In this document: one piece after another, positions 44,077 through 54,562 of the stretch
Layout: each line of letters begins with the position of its first letter
How positions within the stretch are numbered: the first letter of the stretch is position 1
NCBI GenBank assembly: GCA_965225855.1
Contig: CBDDCK010000005.1
Span: forward strand, 1,056,001-1,120,000
DNA: 64,000 bases
Reading direction: 5' to 3'
DNA from: Spirochaetia bacterium
Lineage (GTDB): Bacteria; Spirochaetota; Spirochaetia; SP-2023
Position numbers and translations under genes: made by a program
Notes under the pieces: model-generated
The model's input: only the letters and a program-made list of their open reading frames with translations
Told to the model about the DNA's origin: nothing
Databases searched by the model: none

Positions 44077-46083
44077 ATGAGTTTTCCTTTAAATCCAGAG
44101 CAGTTGCAAGCGGTACACAATAGCCAAGGGCCCCTGTTAATCATTGCTGGGGCTGGCAGTGGTAAGACCCGTGTCGTTACCGAACGCATTATTTACCTAC
44201 AAAAGTCGGGTATTGATATGCGCAATATTTTAGCCTTAACCTTTACCAACAAAGCTGCACGGGAAATGCGTGAACGCATCAGTGAAAAAATGGATAAGAA
44301 AGAAGCCAAGCAGCTAACCTTGCTAACCTTCCATTCTTTTGGCATGCAAGTTTTGCAGCACCATGCCAAACTTTTGGGTTACGGTACCAATTTCAGTATT
44401 TACGACACGATCGATGCAATGAGTTGCTTAAAAGAAGCTGCTACACAATTGAAATGGACTGCCGATTACACTTTGCTTAAACAAGCCCAAGATACTATCA
44501 GCCGCATAAAAATGCAGCGAGGGCAATGGGATAGTGATAGTTTAGCGTTTAAAGAGGTATACCAAGAATATCACCGCCATTTAAAAGCCTATAATGCTTT
44601 TGATTTTGATGACTTAATCTGTAAGCCTTTCCAGCTTTGGAGCGAACACCCCGAAGTTTTAGAACGCTACCGAAACCGCTACCGCTATGTTATGGTAGAT
44701 GAATTTCAAGATACTTCCATTTTGCAATACCGCTTGCTGCGCCAACTGGTGGCCGTTCATCGCAACATTTGCTGTGTGGGCGATGACGATCAATCCATTT
44801 ATTCTTGGCGTGGAGCCAATTACCAAAATATTTTACTGTTTGAACAAGACTTTCCCGAACGCCAAGAAATTCGTTTAGAACGCAACTATCGTTCGACAAA
44901 GACTATCCTCGATGCGGCCAATGCGGTAATCGGGCACAACCCAAACCGCAAGGAAAAAAACTTGCGCCCCGAAACCGAAAAAAAAGAAAACCTGATTGTC
45001 TGCAGTTTTCCTGAAACCGATGAACATGAAGCCCGTTTTGTTTGCGATACGATCCGCACATTGCGCTCTCTCAACCAACTCAAGTATGAAGAAATTGGCA
45101 TATTGGTACGCACCAATAGCCTAATGCGCACTTTGGAATCCCATTTGTTGGAAGCACGCATGCCCTATGTGGTTTCGGGCGGGCAAAGCTTTTTCCAAAG
45201 GGCAGAAATCAAGGACTTAATTGCCTACTTGCGGGTGCTACAAAACCCCGATGACGATGTAAGTTTGCTACGCATTGTCAATAAACCCAGCCGCCGCATT
45301 GGCCCCAAATCGGTAGAAAAGCTGCGTAGTCTTGCCCAAGCCCAAAGCTGGAGCATTTATGAAGTTATGCGCGACATTGTCCTTAGCGGGGATTCCCGCT
45401 ATTCAGAATTGCTAGAGAGTTGTGCCGACTTTGTGATGCTGATCGAAGAGCTTAGGCCCCAGTTTATGCAGGCTCCCAATCCTGAAATTAGCTTGGCGAA
45501 TTTGTGCCAAACCCTAATTGAAGAGATTGACTACTGGGGCTTTCTGTTACAACAATTTAGCGAGAGGCCCGCTGCAGCTAAACGGCGTTTTGAGTCTATG
45601 CAAAGTTTTTGCGAAATGCTCAAGCGTTGGGAAGGCTATGAAGGCGGGGTAGAGCGCAGCCTAAAGTCGTGGCTCAACCGCATTAGCCTCATTACCCGCG
45701 ATGAGTTGGGAGACGAAGGCGATGGCAAAATTTGCCTTTCTACCATTCATGCAGCCAAGGGCTTGGAGTTTGACTTAGTGTTCCTTTGTGGGGTGGAAGA
45801 AGGCATTTTGCCTCATGTGCGCTCTTTAGAAGAACATGCTTACGATAAGGAAGAAGAGCGTAGGTTGTTTTATGTTGCATTAACTCGGGCCAAACGCTGG
45901 CTCTACCTTACTGCCTGCCAAAGCCGCTTGAAAAACGGCAAGCAAGAACAGTGCCAAGCCTCATCTTTTTTAGATGAAATTCCCCAACAGCTTACCAGTG
46001 CCGAACATGAGCTAACCGAAGAAGAATCGGAAAAAATGCTGGAACAGGCAATGGCCAATTTGCCCTGGCTGCGCCAATCATAG
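44077..46083 (+). CDS. UvrD/Rep/PcrA family DNA helicase
   Basis: AGAGSGKT, VDEFQDT, GDDDQSIYSWRGA, NYRS, TIHAAKGLEF, EERRLFYVALTRA. Confidence 0.95.
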   Translation: MSFPLNPEQLQAVHNSQGPLLIIAGAGSGKTRVVTERIIYLQKSGIDMRNILALTFTNKAAREMRERISEKMDKKEAKQLTLLTFHSFGMQVLQHHAKLLGYGTNFSIYDTIDAMSCLKEAATQLKWTADYTLLKQAQDTISRIKMQRGQWDSDSLAFKEVYQEYHRHLKAYNAFDFDDLICKPFQLWSEHPEVLERYRNRYRYVMVDEFQDTSILQYRLLRQLVAVHRNICCVGDDDQSIYSWRGANYQNILLFEQDFPERQEIRLERNYRSTKTILDAANAVIGHNPNRKEKNLRPETEKKENLIVCSFPETDEHEARFVCDTIRTLRSLNQLKYEEIGILVRTNSLMRTLESHLLEARMPYVVSGGQSFFQRAEIKDLIAYLRVLQNPDDDVSLLRIVNKPSRRIGPKSVEKLRSLAQAQSWSIYEVMRDIVLSGDSRYSELLESCADFVMLIEELRPQFMQAPNPEISLANLCQTLIEEIDYWGFLLQQFSERPAAAKRRFESMQSFCEMLKRWEGYEGGVERSLKSWLNRISLITRDELGDEGDGKICLSTIHAAKGLEFDLVFLCGVEEGILPHVRSLEEHAYDKEEERRLFYVALTRAKRWLYLTACQSRLKNGKQEQCQASSFLDEIPQQLTSAEHELTEEESEKMLEQAMANLPWLRQS

Positions 46084-46164
46084 GCTGGTTGCGCTAATCA
46101 TAAGCATTGTATCCAATATTCAATACAAACAACATAAAGTACAGTTTGGGCCAGAAATTTTCAG

Positions 46165-46740
46165 GTGCTGGAAAACCCATGCAAAAATGTAGAACCAAAA
46201 TCTCCCAAACTATTTAATAAAGGAAAGAACACTGTTATGAATCATGAACAAGCCTTACAACATTTGGCCGCCGCTATTGCCTATTTGCGCAATTGTAGCC
46301 AAACCGAAGCCCAGCCCAGCGCCAAGCGTTGTTTTCAATTGATGAGCTACTGGCTCCAAGGGCCCACAGAGCCGCCGCGCCTAAGCTTATTTGATGCCAA
46401 AGGCTATTGCGGCACAATCCAAGAGTCTGGCCAGGTGTATGGCCTATGCCCCCATCACTTAATGCCTTATCACGGCAGCTATCAACTAAACTTTCAACCG
46501 GGTAGTACTATTGTTGGCCTTTCTTCTATTAGCCGTGCTGTGCATCATTTTTGCCGTAGGGCCCTGCTACAGGAAAGCTTAACTCAAGAGCTAGGGCAAT
46601 TCTTTTACCAACAATTGCAGCCCCAATCGTTAGAGTTTCGGATTAGTGCACGGCATTTTTGTAAAGAGATGCAACCCATAAACCACAGCCGCAGCACCCA
46701 AGATTTTGTAACCTGCTGGAAATCCCCAAATTGCCAATAG
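46165..46740 (+). CDS. folE: GTP cyclohydrolase I (FolE)-like protein, divergent; true start may be ATG 46237
   Basis: LCPHHLMPY, VGLSS, LQESLT and ARHFC retain the Zn ligands. Confidence 0.65.
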   Translation: MLENPCKNVEPKSPKLFNKGKNTVMNHEQALQHLAAAIAYLRNCSQTEAQPSAKRCFQLMSYWLQGPTEPPRLSLFDAKGYCGTIQESGQVYGLCPHHLMPYHGSYQLNFQPGSTIVGLSSISRAVHHFCRRALLQESLTQELGQFFYQQLQPQSLEFRISARHFCKEMQPINHSRSTQDFVTCWKSPNCQ

Positions 46741-46770
46741 CAAAGCAAAAGCTATTGCAGGAGATAGAGC

Positions 46771-46813
46771 CAAATTATGGCGGAAAACTTACTCGCTTGG
46801 CCGCCATAATTTG
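46771..46813. terminator. Inverted repeat between convergent genes
   Basis: CAAATTATGGCGG, 17-nt loop, CCGCCATAATTTG (13-bp perfect stem). Confidence 0.6.
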
Positions 46814-46825
46814 CAAGTTTGTAAT

Positions 46826-47551
46826 TTATTGAGATTCGGCTACATTGGGCAAAACAGCTTGCACCAATTGATTATCGCTGTACTGGCGCACAATTACGCT
46901 CACCTGGCCTTGCACGTCAGCCGGTACGGTACAGTGAATTTGATCGTGCTTGTAGAGTGAATAAATGCTTGCTCGCTGTTCACTATCGTCTGCCAATTTG
47001 AAAAATACCCCGCAATTAGTTGCCAGTGTGCGCAATTCTTTGGGTGGGTTAAAGTGTGCCCCGTAGATGCCAAAAGTATTGGACGGGCTGTACTGGCCTT
47101 TTTCTTGGGTTTTAAAGTCTAGCACATGGGTAATTTGTGGCTTGGCTTTGTCCGTATTCAATTTGATAAACGGCTGCTTTTGTTGTAGCAACATATTCAA
47201 TAGCAAGCGTGCAAAAGGTGCTTTTGAGTTGACATTGAGATGTAAGTCAATGTCTTCACTGCGCAAAACATAGTTTGGGTCGGTAATTTTAATGCCTTTT
47301 TTCAGGCGGCAAGAAACATTAAAACCCAAAAAATCTTGCAGTAACGTATTGCGCCCACTGGCTAAAATCCGGGCGATCTGCACGGGGAAACCCAATAGCA
47401 GACCCTTGACATCGATCACGCTAAAGCTACTTTCCTCACTAATGGCTAGGGCTAGTTCATCTTCGCTTGCGCTACCTTGGGGGTGGATATGGATAAAATA
47501 TTCATCGTCATCGGTTAAATAGTTATAGTCTACTGTGTAATAAATGGGCAT
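46826..47551 (-). CDS. HU-like DNA-binding domain plus Ig-like (DUF4469-type) protein
   Basis: MPIYYTVDYNYLTDD..., HU-like N-terminus, C-terminal GVFF...CTVP beta-sandwich. Confidence 0.6.
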   Translation of the reverse strand: MPIYYTVDYNYLTDDDEYFIHIHPQGSASEDELALAISEESSFSVIDVKGLLLGFPVQIARILASGRNTLLQDFLGFNVSCRLKKGIKITDPNYVLRSEDIDLHLNVNSKAPFARLLLNMLLQQKQPFIKLNTDKAKPQITHVLDFKTQEKGQYSPSNTFGIYGAHFNPPKELRTLATNCGVFFKLADDSEQRASIYSLYKHDQIHCTVPADVQGQVSVIVRQYSDNQLVQAVLPNVAESQ

Positions 47552-48009
47552 AGCGTCCTACTTTGTGCATTGGATATTGGCTAAATTGTGGTAACAAAGC
47601 CGTTGCTATTTATTATAAGCAAAATAGCAGTAATGGTCTATAGTTTTACAAGCTAAAGCAGACGGTGATAGCCTGCTTAGCAAGGCTGTATTTGCTTGTT
47701 TGCTAGTGGGTTTTGGCCCTGATAGCCTTGCTATTGAATAAATACCAAGGCTGTAAAAAAATTTATTAAGGCTACAAATTTTTTTGTCAAGGCTGTAAAT
47801 TTTTTTAGCAAGGCTGCAAAAAGATTTTGCAAGGCTGTATTTTCGCAAATACCAAGGCTCTAATTCTGAATTGCATACTTGGCTATTACTTTTTGCCTTA
47901 TGGTAGATTACTAGATATTCACCAGCCAATATTTGGGTTACTAGCTACAAAAAAAGGGTCTAAGACCCCAAAAAAACAGAAAAAATTGCAAATAATATTT
48001 GCAAAGCAC

Positions 48010-48037
48010 TTGACCATCTTGCCTCCCCAAATATAAT
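48010..48037 (+). promoter_or_regulatory. Putative sigma70 promoter of lipoprotein gene (related copies at 50099-50126 and 63526-63553)
   Basis: TTGACC-N16-TATAAT preceded by GCAAAGCAC; GGAGG RBS downstream. Confidence 0.6.
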
Positions 48038-48102
48038 AGGTCCGCAATAGTGCAGCCCGTATGGGTTTGCAAACCTTTATTCTCTTTTTAGGAGGTAGTT
48101 TT

Positions 48103-48756
48103 ATGCACAAGCATAATATATTCTTTTTGCCGATAGCCTTGCTATTGAGTTTTTTAGTGTTGTTTTCTTGCAACCTAGACACGGAAGAAATAAAAGACCA
48201 ATTGGAAGACCAATCGAAAGACCAATTGCCAGACACAGGAAAAATAAAAGACCAATTGGAAGACCAATCGAAAAACCAATTGCCAGACACGGGAAAAATA
48301 AAAGACCAATTGGAAGACCAATCGAAAAACCAATTGCCAGACACGGGAAAAATAAAAGACCAATTGGAAGACCAATCGAAAAACCAATTGCCAGACACGG
48401 GAAAAATAAAAGACCAATTGGAAGACAAAGCCCAATTGAGCCCCCCAAGCTGGATATATGGAACTTGGCAACATACAGTTGACGGTTCTGTTACACTTAG
48501 TTTTGAATTTACAGCTGACGATATGATAATAGAAGCAAGTGGTGTCACCTCTTCTTTCAAAGATTTACCCGCCGCTGTAGTAAAGGAACAAACCAACACC
48601 AACACTGTTTATACAGTTAAGATAACAAAAAGTTCAACTAAAACAGATGTCTCAGATGGCACTTACAAATTTGAGAAAAAAACCGCATCAACACTGGATT
48701 ATACTTTTAATGATACTTTTACTGAGGGCAAGCCAATAACTTTTAGCAAGCAATAA
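48103..48756 (+). CDS. Lipoprotein with 18-aa tandem repeats
   Basis: ATG after GGAGG; lipobox LFSC; ~4.6 copies of DTGKIKDQLEDQSKNQLP (54 bp). Confidence 0.8.
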   Translation: MHKHNIFFLPIALLLSFLVLFSCNLDTEEIKDQLEDQSKDQLPDTGKIKDQLEDQSKNQLPDTGKIKDQLEDQSKNQLPDTGKIKDQLEDQSKNQLPDTGKIKDQLEDKAQLSPPSWIYGTWQHTVDGSVTLSFEFTADDMIIEASGVTSSFKDLPAAVVKEQTNTNTVYTVKITKSSTKTDVSDGTYKFEKKTASTLDYTFNDTFTEGKPITFSKQ

Positions 48757-48792
48757 CTTTTAACAAGCATAGATTCAATATTGTTTGTTTAC

Positions 48793-48819
48793 AGCCGCCT
48801 CTAACGAGGTGGCTTTTTT
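48793..48819 (+). terminator. Rho-independent terminator (identical copy at ~50656-50682)
   Basis: AGCCGCCTC-taac-GAGGTGGCT followed by a T run. Confidence 0.75.
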
Positions 48820-48887
48820 GTTGCCAAACTATAGGATAGGGCGCATAGATACTTGGCTAAACTTACAAAACCCACTATAGTAGCCCC

Positions 48888-49679
48888 ATGGAAATATTAC
48901 AAAAATCCGCTAGCGATACCGCCATAATCCAAGAAATTGTGGAAAGCCTGTTAAAAGACACGCTAGCCCAAGAAGTGCAACGCCAGCTTAAAAACCAACT
49001 GGCCGAACAACTGTCATTGCAAGCAAGCACGCAAACACAGGAAAAACCTAAATCTTTTAGCGATAGCTATGAGCACCAACTTTTTGAGCGCATGGTGCAG
49101 GTGGAAGAACAGCTCAAAAAGAACCAAGAATTACTCAAAGCCTTTATGCAGCAAGTGGATAAACGCTTTGAACAGATGGATAAGCGTTTTGAGCAAGTGG
49201 ACAAACGCTTTGAATCTATGCAGCAAAGCATGGACAAGCGTTTTGAACAAATGGATAAGCGTTTTGAGCAAGTGGACAAACGCTTTGAAGCTATGCAGCA
49301 AAGCATGGATAAGCGTTTTGAAGCTATGCAGCAAAGCATGGACAAACGCTTTGAATCTATGCAGCAAAGCATGGACAAACGCTTTGAGCAAATGCAACAA
49401 AGTATCGATAAACGCCTTGAATCTATGCAGCAAAACATGGACAAACGCTTTGAGCAAATGCAACAAAGTATCGATAAACGCCTTGAATCTATGCAGCAAA
49501 ACATGGACAAGCGTTTTGAAACTATGCAGCAAAACATGGATAAACGCTTTGAGCAATTGGATAAACGCCTTGAGACTATGCAGCAGAATATGGATAAACG
49601 CTTTTTGATGCTGCAATGGTTCATGGGTATTGGCATGGGCTTAATTATTGGCATCTTGGGCTTGCTGAAACTTTCATAA
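48888..49679 (+). CDS. Bdr/DUF1640-like coiled-coil repeat protein with C-terminal membrane anchor
   Basis: 7- and 11-aa MDKRFE(Q/AMQQS) repeats; C-terminal WFMGIG...GLLKLS. Confidence 0.8.
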   Translation: MEILQKSASDTAIIQEIVESLLKDTLAQEVQRQLKNQLAEQLSLQASTQTQEKPKSFSDSYEHQLFERMVQVEEQLKKNQELLKAFMQQVDKRFEQMDKRFEQVDKRFESMQQSMDKRFEQMDKRFEQVDKRFEAMQQSMDKRFEAMQQSMDKRFESMQQSMDKRFEQMQQSIDKRLESMQQNMDKRFEQMQQSIDKRLESMQQNMDKRFETMQQNMDKRFEQLDKRLETMQQNMDKRFLMLQWFMGIGMGLIIGILGLLKLS

Positions 49680-50191
49680 CTCAATTGCCATTTTGCTATG
49701 CTTTTAGGTTAGTACCTACATAGCTAAATTGTGCTTGCCTACTTTGCATCGGCCCATATACAAAGCACAAAGCTGCATTTAGCCCAAAACCCACTAGCAA
49801 ACAAGCAAATACAGCCTTGCTATTGAATAAATACCAAGGCTGTAAAAAAATTTATTAAGGCTACAAATTTTTTTGTCAAGGCTGTAAATTTTTTTAGCAA
49901 GGCTGCAAAAAGATTTTGCAAGGCTGTATTTTCGCAAATACCAAGGCTCTAATTCTGAATTGCATACTTGGCTATTACTTTTTGCCTTATGGTAGATTGC
50001 TAGATATTCACCAGCCAATATTTGGGTTGCTAGCTACAAAAAAAGGGTCTAAGACCCCAAAAAAACAGAAAAAATTGCAAATAATATTTGCAAAGCACTT
50101 GACCATCTTACCCCCAAAAATATAATAGGTTCGCAATAGTGCAGCCCGTATGGGTTTGCAAACTTTTATTCTCTTTTTAGGAGGTAGTTTT

Positions 50192-50635
50192 ATGCACAAG
50201 CATAATATATTCTTTTTGCCGATAGCCTTGCTATTGAGTTTTCTAGTGTTGTTTTCTTGCAAACTAGACACGGGAAAAATAAAAGACCAATTGGAAGACC
50301 AAGAAGACCAATTGGAAGACAAAGCCCAATTGAGCCCCCCAAGCTGGATACGTGGAACTTGGCAACAGACAGTTAACGGTTCTGTTACACTTAGTTTTGA
50401 ATTTACAGCTGACAATATGACACAAACAGCAAGTGGTCAATCCACTTCTTTCAAGGAATTACCCGCTTCAGCAGTAGAGGAACAAACCAATAACAGCACT
50501 GTTTATGCAGTTAAGCTAACAGCAAAGTCAATAGTGTCCACCTACAAATTTGAGAAAAAAACCGCATCAACACTGGGTTATACTATTACTGCGAAAGGGT
50601 CAACAGTTGGTCCTTTGACTCTTACCAAGCAATAG
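50192..50635 (+). CDS. Lipoprotein, paralog of 48103..48756 with the repeat collapsed
   Basis: Identical signal peptide/lipobox, LSPPSWI motif, divergent C-terminal domain. Confidence 0.8.
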   Translation: MHKHNIFFLPIALLLSFLVLFSCKLDTGKIKDQLEDQEDQLEDKAQLSPPSWIRGTWQQTVNGSVTLSFEFTADNMTQTASGQSTSFKELPASAVEEQTNNSTVYAVKLTAKSIVSTYKFEKKTASTLGYTITAKGSTVGPLTLTKQ

Positions 50636-50750
50636 ATTTAATATTGTTTGTTTACAGCCGCCTCTAACGAGGTGGCTTTTTTGTTGCCAAACTATAGGAT
50701 AGGGCGCATAGATGCTTGGCTAAACTTACAAAACCCACTATAGTAGCCCC

Positions 50751-51194
50751 ATGGAAATATTACAAAAATCCGCTAGCGATACCGCCATAATCCAAGAAAT
50801 TGTGGAAAGCCTGTTAAAAGACACGCTAGCCCAAGAAGTGCAACGCCAGCTTAAAAACCAACTGGCCGAACAACTGTCATTGCAAGCAAGCACGCAAACA
50901 CAGGAAAAACCTAAATCTTTTAGCGATAGCTATGAGCGCCAACTGTTTGAGCGCATGGTGCGAGTGGAAGAAGAGCTAAAAAACAACCAAGAATTACTCA
51001 AAGCCTTTATGCAGCAAGTGGATAAACGCTTTGAAGCTATGCAGCAAAGCATGGACAAACGCTTTGAAGCTATGCAGCAAAACATGGATAAACGCTTTGA
51101 GCAAGTAGATAAACGTTTTATGACGTTGCAATGGTTTATGGGAATTGGCTTTGGCTTGATTATGAGTACCTTGGGCTTGCTGAAACTTTCATAA
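50751..51194 (+). CDS. Bdr/DUF1640-like repeat protein (short allele)
   Basis: N-terminus nearly identical to 48888, fewer repeats. Confidence 0.8.
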   Translation: MEILQKSASDTAIIQEIVESLLKDTLAQEVQRQLKNQLAEQLSLQASTQTQEKPKSFSDSYERQLFERMVRVEEELKNNQELLKAFMQQVDKRFEAMQQSMDKRFEAMQQNMDKRFEQVDKRFMTLQWFMGIGFGLIMSTLGLLKLS

Positions 51195-51723
51195 CTCAAT
51201 TGCCAGCTTGCTATGATGTTTAGGCTAATTCTAGCATAGCTAAATTGTGCTTGCCTACTTTGCATCGGCCCATATACAAAGCACAAAGCTGCATTTAGCC
51301 CAAAACCCACTAGCAAACAAGCAAATACAGCCTTACTATTGGCCAAATACCAAGGCTGTAAATTTTTTTATTAACTTGCTAAAAAAATTTATTAAGGCTG
51401 TAAAATTTTTTATCAAGTTGGCTTTTTCTTAGTAGCAATGCTGAAGGCGGTCAAATTCAAGTAGAGAATTGGCCAATTCCCATAAGAAAGTTGGCTAATG
51501 CCAAGGCTTGGCTGCCAATATATACCCTAGACAACTGCCTTTTTACAATAAAGGTTTTACCCTGTTCCTAGCTTGCAACAACTGTTCACAAAATTTTCAC
51601 AAGCTAGTTATAAAATCTGTTCTAAAGTATCTCAATAAGGGTTTGCTTACTTGTATCTAAAGTTTTAATTTTTTAAAATGGGCTAGCGCACATAGTGCAA
51701 TACAACAAATAAAGGAGTTCTAA

Positions 51724-52830
51724 ATGAACAAAATTTTATACAAAAGCGGGGTTCTACTGTGTACCTTGGCTATTTTCATGGGCTGTATGACTACAGCCAA
51801 AGATTCTAGCTCGGAAAGCAAGAAAGAAGGTGCGTCTGAAGAAGAGATGATGATGCAGAAAATGCGAGAATACTACTCTGCAAAACCGTTTTACCACGAC
51901 AATCCAGAAGATGTGCAAGTGGTTTGGCAAGATGTCGATGCCTTTTGGGCTGCGGTAGATGCTGCCAAACAAGCCGATGGCAGCATTGATGAGGATATTT
52001 TTAATACTACGTACCGTGAAAAAAAGACGGGCATATTGGACAAACATTCAGAGTTCTTTTTTGGTTCCAAAGATACCATTTACCAGAATTATCCTTTCAT
52101 TGAATTTTATAGTACCTTTCGCGATTCTTTGACTGACAAGAGCATTTTAACGAGAGAAGCCTATATTTCTTACATGAAAAAGCTGCAAGAGTATTACCCA
52201 GAGGCAAAATTCCCCAATGCCTATTTTGCCATTGGCCGTATGAACCAAGGAGGTACAGCAACTCCGTTGGGTATATTCCTGTTTCCGGCACAGTTCCACA
52301 AGAATACAACTGCCGATATATCTAAACTAGGGGACTTAAAACCGAAAGAGTATCTGGAATATCTGGCAAAACAAAGTGCGAAAGATATGGCACTGGTAGC
52401 TATGCATGAGACAATACACTTCCAGCAAGTGTTAGTCGGCAAAGAAATTTTCTATAGAAAATTGCTAAATGTTGCTTTGATTGAAGGTACAGCAGAGTTT
52501 TTAAGCACACTAATTATGGGAAAATCATTGATTCTCAAAAATGAAATGATAGCTTCTTATGGCGAAGCCAATGAAGCCAAACTTTGGCAGCAATTTAAGA
52601 GAGATATGAAAACCAATAACATGAAGGCTTGGCTTTACAATGCCAATAATAACGATTTAGGCGATGTTCCTCCCGACTTGGGCTATTGGGTTGGCTTCCG
52701 CATAGCCAAAAGTTACTGGGACAACATGGCAGATAAGCAGCAAGCCTTCCGCGACATTTTGCTTTGGGGCGATGGCAATGAATTCTTAGAAAAATCGGGT
52801 TACGATGCGCTGCATTCTAAAAACAAGTAA
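51724..52830 (+). CDS. Lipoprotein, DUF2268/GldB-like putative Zn metalloprotease
   Basis: Lipobox FMGC; HETIH (HExxH), EGTAEF, DLGYWVG. Confidence 0.75.
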   Translation: MNKILYKSGVLLCTLAIFMGCMTTAKDSSSESKKEGASEEEMMMQKMREYYSAKPFYHDNPEDVQVVWQDVDAFWAAVDAAKQADGSIDEDIFNTTYREKKTGILDKHSEFFFGSKDTIYQNYPFIEFYSTFRDSLTDKSILTREAYISYMKKLQEYYPEAKFPNAYFAIGRMNQGGTATPLGIFLFPAQFHKNTTADISKLGDLKPKEYLEYLAKQSAKDMALVAMHETIHFQQVLVGKEIFYRKLLNVALIEGTAEFLSTLIMGKSLILKNEMIASYGEANEAKLWQQFKRDMKTNNMKAWLYNANNNDLGDVPPDLGYWVGFRIAKSYWDNMADKQQAFRDILLWGDGNEFLEKSGYDALHSKNK

Positions 52831-53242
52831 TGGATTGAGCCCAAGCCCTACAGGAAATGTCCCATAACTAAGCGGGCAAGCAGCCCCAATAAACTAGCTA
52901 TTTTATAAATGCAGCCTTGGTATTTTGAGAATACCAAGGCTGCAAATTTTTTTATTAACTTGCTAAAAAAATTTATTAAGGCTGTAAAATTTTTTAGCAA
53001 GGCTGCATTTACTGGGTAGCAATGGGGTAGCTGGAAAATTCAATAAAGGTTTGGCCAATTCCCATAAGAAAATTGGCTAATGCCAAGGCTTGGCTGCCAA
53101 TATATAGCCTAGGTAATTGCTTTTTTACAATAAAGGTTTGGCCCAGTGGCTAGTATGCCACAACCTTAGATAAATTTGGTAGAGGCATTATAAAAGAGAT
53201 AGATTTTTTATTTTTAGATACTTGGCTATAATTCGGGATTTT

Positions 53243-53614
53243 TTATATTTTTTTCACTAAATCATCAACTTGTACACCATCAAACGAAATAGCATTTTCC
53301 TCAATATTTCGATTACCATAAACATCATAAGGATAAATAGACAACAAAGATTTTAAATTTTTATGATTATCTTTTCGTATCTTAAACCCAAAACTTTCAA
53401 GAGTGGCGATTTTATCCTGAATATGATAAGGCCTTGCCATACCTTTTTTTATTTCTAAAGTACCTAAGTCTTCATTTGTATCAGGGTCAATAATTCTTTC
53501 GCCTTCGTCAAAAATTAAAAATCTATCGGAAGATTCTATACCTTGCTTAGAGCCAGCATTGATAACCACTCTTCTACCATTATCTAGCACTTTCAGGACT
53601 TTAAAACATTCCAT
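53243..53614 (-). CDS. Hypothetical protein, FlgT C-terminal-like beta-barrel
   Basis: VVINAGSKQGI...IIDPDTNEDLG motif; low GC. Confidence 0.6.
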   Translation of the reverse strand: MECFKVLKVLDNGRRVVINAGSKQGIESSDRFLIFDEGERIIDPDTNEDLGTLEIKKGMARPYHIQDKIATLESFGFKIRKDNHKNLKSLLSIYPYDVYGNRNIEENAISFDGVQVDDLVKKI

Positions 53615-53616
53615 AC

Positions 53617-54174
53617 CTAATCTCCTTCTTCTTTTATAACTTTATATATCTCATGAGGAATACTGGGCTTTAATATTATTCTATTTTTGTTTCTCTTTAA
53701 ATCTTCTTCTGTAATTCCATCTTTTAGGCCTAAGATAGAAATTTGTAGTTTATTTTTTTGTGTGATTATTTCAACATAACCATAGCCTATAAATTCTTCT
53801 ATCTCTTCAACAAGATATAAGGAAACTAAGGTATCGTAAGAAAATAAATCAGAATTATCAAATATTAATCTTTCAGATTGAATTGCTTTTAATTTAGGAA
53901 GTAAAACTTTTCTATCTATCTTTACCATAATAATAATATTTTGTAATAGAAAAAGAATCGTGAACATCATTGGGAATAACCAAATAAAAAACGTGGTAAC
54001 ATTGATTGTGTCATCTTTTTCAAAATACCAAAAAGCAAAGCTAATGCCTAAGACTGTTATCAAAGCATAAAAAAACTCAAATATCTTTTTCATCATACAC
54101 AAGCAATACCTTGGCCTAATAACTCGAAAATGGCCATCTTTATATAATATTTGTTTGCCATTGTCTATAAGCAA
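53617..54174 (-). CDS. Hypothetical two-TM membrane protein (true start may be ~54095)
   Basis: Two hydrophobic segments then a soluble beta-rich domain; ends 2 bp before the next gene; low GC. Confidence 0.6.
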   Translation of the reverse strand: MLIDNGKQILYKDGHFRVIRPRYCLCMMKKIFEFFYALITVLGISFAFWYFEKDDTINVTTFFIWLFPMMFTILFLLQNIIIMVKIDRKVLLPKLKAIQSERLIFDNSDLFSYDTLVSLYLVEEIEEFIGYGYVEIITQKNKLQISILGLKDGITEEDLKRNKNRIILKPSIPHEIYKVIKEEGD

Positions 54175-54562
54175 TAATGTAATTTTTCTATTAAGAGCGA
54201 GAACTATGCAACATAGCCTTGCATTTAGTCAATTTTCTATTTAGCTTTGCTCCCTTTCAGCCTTGGTATTTTGAAAATGCCAAGGCTGGAAATTTTTTTA
54301 TTAAGGCTACAATAAAATTTATTAAGGCTGTAAAATTTTTTATCAAGTTGGCTTTTTCTGGGTTGCAATGGGGTAGCTGGAAAATTCAATAAGTGTTTTA
54401 CCCTGTTCCTAGCTTGCAACAACTGTTCACAAAATTTTCACAAGCTAGTTATAAAATCTATTATAAAGTATCTAAACAAGGGTTTGCTTACTTGTATCTA
54501 AGGTTTTAATCCTTTAAAATGGGCTAGCGCACATAGCGTAATACAACAAATAGGAGTTCTAT

